From: Candidatus Poseidoniaceae archaeon
GTDB taxonomy: Archaea; Thermoplasmatota; Poseidoniia; Poseidoniales; Poseidoniaceae
Assembly: GCA_029250345.1 (NCBI GenBank)
Contig: JAQXFL010000033.1
Span: forward strand, 1 to 37,159
DNA: 37,159 nt
Reading direction: 5' to 3'
This document shows, piece after piece, positions 27,089-35,824 of this stretch (the first letter of the stretch is position 1; each line of letters starts with the position of its first letter). A program made the translations under genes and the position numbers. The notes under the pieces are model-generated. The model worked only from the letters and a program-made list of their open reading frames with translations, was not told the DNA's origin and ran no database searches.

Positions 27089-28042
27089 TCAATTCTCTCG
27101 CAAAGCCAATATTTTGCGGTCGAGTGATGAAATCGCCACGTCTGCTGGTTCAGTCCCATGCCGACATGTACCTTGCCACACTTCAACAAAAATGTCCCGG
27201 TGGGAAAGCGTATGTTCTACAACACCGATGAAATCCATTCCGGAGACATCGAGATTCTCGTCCATCGGCGGCCCCCACATTCCAGCAAGAATTCCCTCGT
27301 TGCCTCGTTGAATCAACTCTGGCAAGCCATTGGCATCAAAACGAAGGGCGCATTTGAGGTCAAGCCGTTTTCGTTTGACTTTCTTTGGTTGTGGGTAGAG
27401 AAGTGGTTCGTCAATACCGGTGCATGATGAGGAAACTGGGCATTGCTCACACTGCGGTCGTTTCGGCGTACAAACGGTCGCACCGAGTTCCATTAAGGCT
27501 TGATTCCAATCCCCTGCATCGTCCTTGTAGAGAACGGTATTCGCCCAGACTTCAACTTCTTTCATGGTAGGCTCAACATGTTTCGACTGGCGAGCCATCA
27601 CTCGCCGAATGTTACCGTCAACGCATGCGACAGACTCTCCATGAGCAATACTGGCAACTGCTGCGGCCGTATATGGGCCAACGCCAGGCAATGTCAGTAA
27701 TTCAGCCGCAGTCTTGGGTAGGCTGCCGCCAAATCCCCCATCCACTACAGGTAGACATACCCGCACTGAAAGAGCGTGCAGTCGGCGTGCTCGACTGTAA
27801 TAACCTGCTCCTTGCCAAAGGTGGAGCACTGCATCGACATCGGCATCCGCCATGGACTGAGGAGTTGGAAATCGTCCGACAAGTTTCTCCCAGTAGTGTA
27901 TGCCTCGGCTCACTTGAGTTTGCTGGAGAAGAATTTCCGAGAGGAGAATCTTCCATGAATCGTTGGTGTGCCTCCAAGGCAGGTCCCTTTTCGATTCAGC
28001 ATACCAAGCAAGAAGAGCGCTCTGTGACAGGCGTTCACTCAC
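27089..28042 (-). CDS. mutY: A/G-specific adenine glycosylase
   Basis: WY...RDLPWR, SEILLQQTQV, WQGAGYYSRAR, LPGVGPYTA, VDGNIRRV, NQALMELGATVC, 4Fe-4S motif CTPKRPQCEQCPVSSSC; GAGGTG SD upstream. Confidence 0.92.
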   Translation of the reverse strand: MSERLSQSALLAWYAESKRDLPWRHTNDSWKILLSEILLQQTQVSRGIHYWEKLVGRFPTPQSMADADVDAVLHLWQGAGYYSRARRLHALSVRVCLPVVDGGFGGSLPKTAAELLTLPGVGPYTAAAVASIAHGESVACVDGNIRRVMARQSKHVEPTMKEVEVWANTVLYKDDAGDWNQALMELGATVCTPKRPQCEQCPVSSSCTGIDEPLLYPQPKKVKRKRLDLKCALRFDANGLPELIQRGNEGILAGMWGPPMDENLDVSGMDFIGVVEHTLSHRDIFVEVWQGTCRHGTEPADVAISSLDRKILALREN

Positions 28043-28061
28043 TGTGCCACCTCAATGGTGC

Positions 28062-30101
28062 TCAAGCCTCAGCCGTTTCGGCCTTTTTGGCTTCAATTGC
28101 TGCGTCGTTGGCTTTAATTTGCTCCCAAACAATTTCTGCAATATCTTTGACTTCCATTTCAGAGCCGATGGCACTGAGACCATCTGTGACCATGGTCGAA
28201 CAGAATGGACAACCGACTGCAACGGTTTCAGCGCCCGTCTGTGCCAGTTCCTTTGAGCGAATGATATTGACTCGGTCATGGTCGTCATCAACGTGTTCTT
28301 CCATCCACATTTGAGCGCCACCTGCGCCACAACAGAACGAATCCTTGCCGTGCCGTTCAGCTTCAACTGCAACGCCTCCAATTGCATCACGAGGCGCATC
28401 GAGTTCACCGCCAATTCGGCCAAGATAGCACGGATCGTGATAGGTGACTGAGCCATCGTGTTTTGGCTGAGGTAACTTCCCTTCCTTTTGCAAATGGTTG
28501 ATGAGTTGAGAGTGGTGCATAACTTCGATGTCTTCACCGCCGTAGTCTTTGTATTCTTTCCCAAGAGTATGGAAACAGTGTGGGCAAGATGCAACAATCT
28601 TCTTGACTCCGATTTCTTCGAATGTCTCAAGGTTGGTTTCAGCCAGCATCTGGAAGAGATATTCGTTTCCAGCACGGCGTGCGGCATCACCGCTGCAACC
28701 TTCCTGCATTCCGAGAATACCGACATCCAATCCTGCTTCTTTCATCACACTGATGGTGTCTCTGGCCACCTTTTTGTTGCGTTCGTCGAACGAAGCTGCG
28801 CATCCTGCGAAGTAGATGTATTCAGCAGGTTCTGCAACTTTGACGTCTAAATCAGCAGCCCAATCGCCACGCTCGTGAGCAGGCAGACCGTACGGGTTCG
28901 AGTCGGACTCCAAGTTCTCGATGGTCGCCATGAGTGGCATGACGGTATCCTCTACGGATTCATCAAACTCCATTCGCTCCATCATCAAGTGACGGCGGGC
29001 ATCGGTCAATTTGGGAACATGGTCGATGTAAATTGGACAGGCTTCGACGCATGCATGACAAGTTGTGCACGCCCAAATCGCGTCTTCACCGAACCGTGCA
29101 ATAATGTCCTGTTCAGGTGTTTCACCGGCGAGAAGCGTCGTGGAATTGTCGTTGGCATAGTGCCGCACATCGTGAATGATTTGCATTGGATTGAGTGCTT
29201 TGCCGGAAGCATACGCAGGGCAGACATCTTGACAGCGAGCACATGATGTGCAAGCCCAACCATCAATCAGATTGCGCCAGGTCAAGTCAGTGTAGTTGAC
29301 CGTACCAAAGGATTCGATGTCGAGTTCTTCAAGCGAAACCGCCTTGCCGTCCTCGCCTCGTGCGAGAGGCTCCATCGTGCCCATTGGACGCATGTCATGG
29401 AAGAAGACATTCGGGAACGCCATGACCAAGTGCATGTGTTTTGACAGTGGGATCAAGAACAAAAACGTCGAGATAGCAAGCATGTGCATCCAGTAAGCAC
29501 CTACAACAAGGGATGTCGTTGGCCCAATTGTCGAAGCAACCCAGTAGCCGATTGGTTCCCATGTCGAAGAAACCGTAGATTCGCCTGCTTCGACGAAGAA
29601 CGATGTAACCGTGATGGTCATGATGAGCAACAGGATGGCGTTTCCTTCAAGTTGCGACTTTCCTTTGAGCTTCTCCGGAGTGAAAGCAACACGGCGAGTT
29701 AACGCGGCGACGCAACCTACCAATGCAATGGTGTATCCCGTCTCAACGATAAGATTCCACGGACCTCGAACGAGATCGGGGAGAACATTGTGAGAAAACC
29801 AGTTTGCAGTAGCAAGGTCAAACATATCAGTTGAAAGCATGAGAAAGCCCCAGAACATGAGGACGTGAATACCGCCAGCAATGCGGTCCTTGAGGACTTT
29901 CTTTTGACCGAGCCATCCCGTGATGACTTCCATAATACGTGCCCCCCAGTTGTCAAAGCGGTTGTCTGGAGCCCCTTTCAAAACCAAACGTGTAGCCTTG
30001 ACGACTTGATACAGGAAGAAACCTCCCGAAATACCTCCGAGAAGCAAAAGAAGTATCCATCCAGAAACTGGGCCATAACTCATTGTCAACGGATGTTCCA
30101 T
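28062..30101 (-). CDS. Membrane-bound Fe-S oxidoreductase (FadF/HdrD/GlpC family)
   Basis: N-terminal TM helices with His residues; two ferredoxin motifs (CTSCARCQDVCP, CTTCHACVEACP); two CCG-type domains (FAGC..CSG..SCPHC; YHDPC..CCG..GCPFC). Confidence 0.9.
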   Translation of the reverse strand: MEHPLTMSYGPVSGWILLLLLGGISGGFFLYQVVKATRLVLKGAPDNRFDNWGARIMEVITGWLGQKKVLKDRIAGGIHVLMFWGFLMLSTDMFDLATANWFSHNVLPDLVRGPWNLIVETGYTIALVGCVAALTRRVAFTPEKLKGKSQLEGNAILLLIMTITVTSFFVEAGESTVSSTWEPIGYWVASTIGPTTSLVVGAYWMHMLAISTFLFLIPLSKHMHLVMAFPNVFFHDMRPMGTMEPLARGEDGKAVSLEELDIESFGTVNYTDLTWRNLIDGWACTSCARCQDVCPAYASGKALNPMQIIHDVRHYANDNSTTLLAGETPEQDIIARFGEDAIWACTTCHACVEACPIYIDHVPKLTDARRHLMMERMEFDESVEDTVMPLMATIENLESDSNPYGLPAHERGDWAADLDVKVAEPAEYIYFAGCAASFDERNKKVARDTISVMKEAGLDVGILGMQEGCSGDAARRAGNEYLFQMLAETNLETFEEIGVKKIVASCPHCFHTLGKEYKDYGGEDIEVMHHSQLINHLQKEGKLPQPKHDGSVTYHDPCYLGRIGGELDAPRDAIGGVAVEAERHGKDSFCCGAGGAQMWMEEHVDDDHDRVNIIRSKELAQTGAETVAVGCPFCSTMVTDGLSAIGSEMEVKDIAEIVWEQIKANDAAIEAKKAETAEA

Positions 30102-30245
30102 GGTAACTCATCTCAAGGGAGGATTCCCGCAGGTAATGGCAGACGCGCTCATCCCTTCAATGCACCGATAATTCTCGTTCAATGGCAGTGAATGAAGAAC
30201 AAGGGATATGAAGCGAAGGTGCCTCGTGAACACCGAGGGGACACC

Positions 30246-31430
30246 ATGGGTCGAGTTACAGCAAGCGCACCGGGAAAATGTATCCTGTTCGGCGAACATG
30301 CAGTGGTGTACGGCGAGCCTGCGGTTGCGGTGGCAATCGAGCAACGCATTTCTGTTACGCTCGAATCCGTTCAAACCGGTGAAACACCGTGGAAAATTGA
30401 TGGAATGCATTTTGATTCGAGAAAACACCCCCATGTTCAAGCGCTGCGCAATCGCCTCTGGCAAACCTCCCAAGGCGCACCAGGCATCACCATCCAAGTC
30501 AATGGGGACATCCCTCCAGCATCCGGGCTCGGCTCATCAGCCGCGCTTTCAGTTGCCGCGAGTGCAGCATTACGATGCGCTCGTGGTCGCTGGTACACAT
30601 CGGTTGATGACTTGCAAAACCCAGCGACATGGGCTGAAGGATATGCGAGTTCAATTGAAAACCTCGATGTTTACACTCCGGAAAATCGAGAACTTTCATC
30701 GCAACAGTCCAAGTCATCAATGGAGCATTATGTTCACGGCAAAGAAGTCGCATCACTCGATGAATGCGCACTTCTCGCTCACGCTGTTGAAGCGGTGGCT
30801 CAAGCAGGAAGGGCTTCGCCAATGGATGCTTCAACGTGTGCTCATGGTGGCGTCGTGCTGCTCAGCGATGCCATGGAGAAGGATGTCGAATACCTGTACA
30901 CGCGCCGCCTAAAGATGGAGGATGGAGAACGAACATGGCATCTTCACTCGGTTCACATGCCAAACACGACCGAAGACCTGTATCTGGTGATCGGAAACAC
31001 AGGCGTTTACGCTCCAACATCAAACCAAGTGGCAAAGGTCGCTGCAGCCATCGCAGCAAAACCTGAGCGAATTAGAGAAATTCAAACCATTGGAGTGATT
31101 GCACGGCGAGGCATTCAAGCGCTCAAAGAGGGTGACTTTGAAGCGGTCGGAAGAGCGATGTCGGAGAATCAGATTATGCTACAGGGCCTTGGCGTGTCGT
31201 GTCCCGAACTCGAATCACTCATTCGGGCGGCGGCGCCCACCTCTCTCGGTGCTAAACTCACCGGAGCCGGTGGTGGAGGGTGCATGGTTGCACTCACACG
31301 GCACCCAAAACAAACCAGTGAAGCGATTGAATTGGCTGGAGGTCGAACACTGATTTCCAAGTTCGGTAACGCTGGCTTAACGGTTGACGAATGCGAAAAT
31401 ATGCCTCTTTGGTCGACTGGTCGAGAATAA
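30246..31430 (+). CDS. mvk: Mevalonate kinase (GHMP kinase)
   Basis: SAPGKCILFGEHAVVYG, PPASGLGSSAA, SPMD, GAKLTGAGGGG; GAGGGG SD before ATG 30246. Confidence 0.88.
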   Translation: MGRVTASAPGKCILFGEHAVVYGEPAVAVAIEQRISVTLESVQTGETPWKIDGMHFDSRKHPHVQALRNRLWQTSQGAPGITIQVNGDIPPASGLGSSAALSVAASAALRCARGRWYTSVDDLQNPATWAEGYASSIENLDVYTPENRELSSQQSKSSMEHYVHGKEVASLDECALLAHAVEAVAQAGRASPMDASTCAHGGVVLLSDAMEKDVEYLYTRRLKMEDGERTWHLHSVHMPNTTEDLYLVIGNTGVYAPTSNQVAKVAAAIAAKPERIREIQTIGVIARRGIQALKEGDFEAVGRAMSENQIMLQGLGVSCPELESLIRAAAPTSLGAKLTGAGGGGCMVALTRHPKQTSEAIELAGGRTLISKFGNAGLTVDECENMPLWSTGRE

Positions 31431-31482
31431 CCGTCGCAGTGCGCTCTTTTTGCTGCTGGAATGCGGTAAGGTGCCTGCCTTC

Positions 31483-31503
31483 TTTTTATATAGTCGTTAT
31501 ATA
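31483..31503 (+). promoter_or_regulatory. Canonical TATA box of tbp plus a second TTATATA copy 11 bp downstream
   Basis: TTTTTATATAGTCGTTATATA; TTTATA begins 29 nt before ATG 31514. Confidence 0.8.
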
Positions 31504-31513
31504 TGGGCCTATC

Positions 31514-32128
31514 ATGACAACCGATGAAGAACGTCTAACTGTAGTGAATGTAGTAGCGAGCACCCGTGTCGCTGAAGAACTCGATTTGCCGGATATTGCT
31601 ATCCAGCTCAACTGTGAATACGAACCTGAGCAATTCCCTGGTGTCGTTTACCGAGTGACCGATCCAAAACTTGCTATCCTCATGTTCCGTTCCGGCCGTG
31701 CAGTTTGTACCGGTGGTAAAGACGAAGCAAACATCGAAACTGGAATCGAGAGAATGATTGCAGACCTTCGTGATGCTGGAATTGAAACTTGGGACTTGGA
31801 CCAAGTCGAAATTGAAGTTCAAAACATGGTTGCAACGTACGCACTCCACTACCCAGAAGACTACGATGGGAACGACAAATTTACCAACGAACCACTCGCT
31901 GGTGTCCCTCGTAAACTCAACCTCAACAACCTCACCTTCCACTTGCCCTTCGACAAGGTCGAGTACGAACCAGAACAATTCCCAGGCTTGATTTACCGAC
32001 TTGACTATCCGAAGGTTGTTTGCTTGATTTTCGGCAGCGGAAAAATGGTCATCACCGGCGCACGTCACAAGGACGAAATCCTCGAAGCCGTCGAAATTAT
32101 CAAGGACGAATTGGCCGATCTTCTCTGA
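31514..32128 (+). CDS. tbp: TATA-box-binding protein
   Basis: Two TBP repeats: NVVAS..YEPEQFPG..FRSGRAVCTG and QNMVAT..YEPEQFPGLIYR..IFGSGKMVITGA. Confidence 0.97.
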   Translation: MTTDEERLTVVNVVASTRVAEELDLPDIAIQLNCEYEPEQFPGVVYRVTDPKLAILMFRSGRAVCTGGKDEANIETGIERMIADLRDAGIETWDLDQVEIEVQNMVATYALHYPEDYDGNDKFTNEPLAGVPRKLNLNNLTFHLPFDKVEYEPEQFPGLIYRLDYPKVVCLIFGSGKMVITGARHKDEILEAVEIIKDELADLL

Positions 32129-32154
32129 GTTCGCCTAAGAGTTTGAGAGAAGTC

Positions 32155-32160
32155 TTGATG
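32155..32160 (+). promoter_or_regulatory. Putative TATA-position hexamer TTGATG
   Basis: Begins 29 nt upstream of ATG 32184. Confidence 0.45.
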
Positions 32161-32183
32161 TTCTATTGCGACTGTGGCCCGAC

Positions 32184-35100
32184 ATGGGCACACGGTCGCT
32201 CCGCTTGGCATCTCCTTTGATGCTCGTGGCACTGCTGTGCTTAGCAACAACTCAACCAATGCTTTCACAACCGTTGTTGGACGAGAACGGTTCACCGAAG
32301 TTTTCCTCTGAAAACCCAGGAGTAAGTGATGTGCCAACATGGAAAGTTGGTGACAAATGGATCTACTCGGGAACCTTTGACCCAACAAAATTGGTCACCG
32401 ATTCTGGAGTTCAAGCAACTGTAGGCGAGATTTACGGCGATACTACAGTACAAGTGATGGCCATCACTGAACGGTCTGTCGACAACATGTCTGTCTTGGC
32501 GTATACCCTACAGACTTCGGCGAACTATGACAAATCAGGAGTATCGCTTGAGGGATACAATGGAAACGTGTTCATTACCTTCAAGCAAACTGAATACCTC
32601 AGAGTGAGCGATCTTTCATCAATGCGCAGTGATTTGGAATTGTATATTCGGTTCGTCCCTTACGGGCTTTCGAGCCTCGCCCAAGTTCTTGGCGATATCA
32701 CCATCACGAACACGTACACTCCGGTAAACGAAGTCTATGATTTCCCCATTCGGGCGAATGAACAATGGACGACAACCACAACTGCATCAACCGCTTGGTC
32801 CGGTTCAAGCGACTACATTACACCGTTCCCAGTCCCGACAACCGGAACCAACAGTACCACTTGGGAAGTCACCGATACAGGAAGACCGCGTAACGACTAC
32901 GGACAAACCATCGGCTATGGCGGATGCAACGCTTCCTACGAACTGACTTCAGTGAACAGCAATGGCGAGGCAAGTGGTTACCGTTGGTATTGCCCTGAAG
33001 CGAGGAACTTTGCTTGGCTACACACTGAAGACGATATTGGCTTGGTTATTGATTTCCGTCTCAAACAATATATTCCGCTTGATTCCACTGGAGTCGACCA
33101 GTACACCAATCCCGGAACTCGCGATGAATGCTTGATGGTCGAATTGGAAAGCGAAATCACCGCACTCAATACTCCAGTCGGCGTTTGGGTCAATGCATCT
33201 GCAAGCTGCTTTTCAACGACGAGCGGGATACCTGTTGAGGTCCATCATGAAGCTTCAGGAATTGTACAACTCGCAACTACCGAAAGCAATGGAAGTGCTT
33301 TTTTCGACATTGACATGGGCGATGAAAAAGATGCTTCGGAATCGGCATTTGATTGGGCAAGTCACGGCATCGTCGCAAGGATTCAACCAAGTGCTGCATC
33401 CTCGTTTGGTACATCTGTGGGTTCGACCACAATCACACTTGATGAATACTTGATAGGGCTCGATTTGATTGCGAGCGAGGATTTTGGTAAAGTTCTTCGA
33501 AATCGAAGTGGAGTACGCACTGAATTGAATTCCCTTTCAGGTTGGAATGTATTGCCTGGTGATGAATTGCTTATCGAAGTCGCTGTCCAAAACAGAGGAC
33601 TTTCCTCCAGCACTCCGACGACCATGTCCATAACCCATCCAGACGGGCAGACCTCATCTCACCCTCTTCCTTCACTGGCAACCTATGAGGCTCACAAAGT
33701 GAACTTCACTTGGACTGTCCCGAGCGAGCAAGCGATTGGAATTGTTCCAGTTTCTTGGCAAGCAGACCCGAGTGGTATCAACAGTGCAGATGCGAACTCG
33801 ACCAATAATCAAGCACTCATCTCCATGTTTGTTGGCCGACTGCCAACACCAGTGTTCACCGACCCAATCGCAATGACATTGGAGGAACTGCAACTCACCG
33901 CCGGTGAAAGTTTTGACGAGGACGGAGGTGTTGTGTTCTGCGAATTCAAGATCCCCTACGACGATGGTTCAAAGAACTGGGCATGGGAAACAGTCCCTTC
34001 CGCCTCTTGTGCTGTCAATTGGACATGGACTGACGATGGCAATTATCCAGTTGAAATCACGGTTATTGACGAAGAAAAAGATGAACAAACTGCAGTCATG
34101 AATGTCATCATCGCCAACAGGAATCCAGAAATTCAAATCCTCAGTTCAAGAACCGAGGTGAAAGTAGAACACCCAATTACTCTCTACGCCTTTGCCAACG
34201 ATTCCGATTCGGAAGATGTGTGGCCTGGAGCCGTCGATGTCTACTGGCCAGATACCCTTTGCGATGAAGGATATTACACTCGAGTGTGTACCACGACTGC
34301 TCCGACTGAAGGCTTGCATACTTTTACTGCCGTAGCCACAGATGATGACTACGCAATAACACCTGCCACTATTGAAATCCAATTCTCAAACATAGCGCCT
34401 CACGGAACTTCCATTGCATTGCAGAAAAACAACCAATTCCTCGAAAGTGATGAACAGCAAATCTGGCACTTAGATGAAGATGAAACCATTGTCGTCAAGG
34501 GGCAAGCACTCGATTCAGTTGATGATTTGGAATCTCTGACGCATACATGGTGGCCGGATGGTGAGCAACCGTCATTGATGTATACGTTCAACGGACGAAC
34601 CTCGACCTTCCCCATGCAATGGAACACTGCTGGACTTCACACCATTCGTTTGGAAGTTCGTGACAACGACGGAGAGGCCAGTACGATTGAGGAACGCTGG
34701 ATTAACATTCGAAATGTCCCCCCAGTGATTCAACCGTTGGTCTCCTTGCTCCCAATTGCTGAAGGGCAATCGGTAACGATTGAAGGCAACTCAACCGATA
34801 CCGCAAGCGACATTGATTCTCTTGTCAAATGTTGGGACATCGACCCAGGTATCGACAGCGATGACATCGGAGGTGCTGACGATGATTGCGACATTACGGG
34901 AGATATTCTCACCTATGCATGGAACAGAAGCGGCTCGCATACCATCATCTATCACGTCACAGATGATGACGGGGCACAATCCAGCGAAGTACTTGTCATC
35001 GAAGTGTTGAACATGCCTCCAATCGTGAGATTGCAAAACACCGAATGCGTCGCTTATAGGGAATGCTACCTGAGTGCTGATCGAACCATCGACTCACTGA

Positions 35101-35765
35101 ATGACCTTCCTGGCCTTACCATTGTATGGGATTTGGACATCACTGTCGACAGCAACGGTGACGGTATCAAAGATAACGATGCAGATTTAATCGGCTCTTC
35201 AGTGACCCATACCTTCCGAGATTCGGGTACTGTTCGAGTGAAAGCCATGGCGTGGGATGAAAATCCGGAACGTCCAGGGCAATCGACCATGTCCATCGTT
35301 GTTGCACCACCTGAACGTACATCAATCGAAGAGGTGAGTGCGGCATTCATCGGTGAAGACGCGAATCCTCTTGCGCAAATTGGATTATTGCTTTCAGCAC
35401 TGTTTGTCTTGGCACTCTTGACACGTCGACGGAAGAAGAATTCGTCGGATGACCCATGGCAAAATGCAGAACTCGCTGGTGAAGACCCTGACGAACGTGA
35501 ATTTGAAACTCAGGCACTTCTCGACCAAGTGCAATCTCGACGCCCAGCAACCCCGCCTTCAACTCAAATGTTTTCAACTGGAGAAGAGATTGTTCAAATC
35601 AACGACCCAATACCAACACTTCCTGCAACAGAAGAACCGGCCACTTTACCGCTCATTGAACAAGGCCCAGCAATTCCAGAAGACGGGATTCCTGAAGGAT
35701 GGACTGCGGAACAATGGTCGCATTATGGGCAACAATATCTCGATGCTCAAGCATCTCACCCTTGA
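32184..35765 (+). CDS. Large membrane-anchored surface protein with CARDB and PKD-like domains
   Basis: Signal peptide; VQNRG...NN CARDB-like motif; repeated G.[YH]....V.DDDG..N.PP PKD-like units; DSNGDGIKDNDAD Ca-loop; TM helix followed by RRRKK; tail GIPEGWTAEQWSHYGQQYL. Confidence 0.85.
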   Translation: MGTRSLRLASPLMLVALLCLATTQPMLSQPLLDENGSPKFSSENPGVSDVPTWKVGDKWIYSGTFDPTKLVTDSGVQATVGEIYGDTTVQVMAITERSVDNMSVLAYTLQTSANYDKSGVSLEGYNGNVFITFKQTEYLRVSDLSSMRSDLELYIRFVPYGLSSLAQVLGDITITNTYTPVNEVYDFPIRANEQWTTTTTASTAWSGSSDYITPFPVPTTGTNSTTWEVTDTGRPRNDYGQTIGYGGCNASYELTSVNSNGEASGYRWYCPEARNFAWLHTEDDIGLVIDFRLKQYIPLDSTGVDQYTNPGTRDECLMVELESEITALNTPVGVWVNASASCFSTTSGIPVEVHHEASGIVQLATTESNGSAFFDIDMGDEKDASESAFDWASHGIVARIQPSAASSFGTSVGSTTITLDEYLIGLDLIASEDFGKVLRNRSGVRTELNSLSGWNVLPGDELLIEVAVQNRGLSSSTPTTMSITHPDGQTSSHPLPSLATYEAHKVNFTWTVPSEQAIGIVPVSWQADPSGINSADANSTNNQALISMFVGRLPTPVFTDPIAMTLEELQLTAGESFDEDGGVVFCEFKIPYDDGSKNWAWETVPSASCAVNWTWTDDGNYPVEITVIDEEKDEQTAVMNVIIANRNPEIQILSSRTEVKVEHPITLYAFANDSDSEDVWPGAVDVYWPDTLCDEGYYTRVCTTTAPTEGLHTFTAVATDDDYAITPATIEIQFSNIAPHGTSIALQKNNQFLESDEQQIWHLDEDETIVVKGQALDSVDDLESLTHTWWPDGEQPSLMYTFNGRTSTFPMQWNTAGLHTIRLEVRDNDGEASTIEERWINIRNVPPVIQPLVSLLPIAEGQSVTIEGNSTDTASDIDSLVKCWDIDPGIDSDDIGGADDDCDITGDILTYAWNRSGSHTIIYHVTDDDGAQSSEVLVIEVLNMPPIVRLQNTECVAYRECYLSADRTIDSLNDLPGLTIVWDLDITVDSNGDGIKDNDADLIGSSVTHTFRDSGTVRVKAMAWDENPERPGQSTMSIVVAPPERTSIEEVSAAFIGEDANPLAQIGLLLSALFVLALLTRRRKKNSSDDPWQNAELAGEDPDEREFETQALLDQVQSRRPATPPSTQMFSTGEEIVQINDPIPTLPATEEPATLPLIEQGPAIPEDGIPEGWTAEQWSHYGQQYLDAQASHP

Positions 35766-35792
35766 GTCGTCCCTACGGGACGGAGAATCAAG
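35761..35792 (+). terminator. Possible hairpin just after the stop codon
   Basis: CGTCCC-TAC-GGGACG (35768-35782) flanked by CTTGA/TCAAG; no U-tract. Confidence 0.3.
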
Positions 35793-35795
35793 CCT

Positions 35796-35801
35796 CTCAA
35801 G
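35796..35801 (+). promoter_or_regulatory. Putative TATA-position hexamer CTCAAG
   Basis: Begins 29 nt upstream of ATG 35825. Confidence 0.5.
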
Positions 35802-35824
35802 TAGGAGAACGCTTTCGGAGTACT

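Noticed and set aside
28052-28726. 224-aa alternative-frame ORF (also 30208-30912, 27625-28314, 513-1136, 10904-11536 and other shadow ORFs)
   Set aside because: They overlap well-supported genes, have no recognisable motifs, and are expected from codon bias.
30102-30245. Small RNA or riboswitch in the divergent intergenic region
   Set aside because: No convincing stem-loop or known motif; the region is explained by two promoters with short leaders.
31391-31513. 41-aa N-terminal extension of TBP
   Set aside because: It overlaps the mvk end and spans the TATA box; ATG 31514 fits better.
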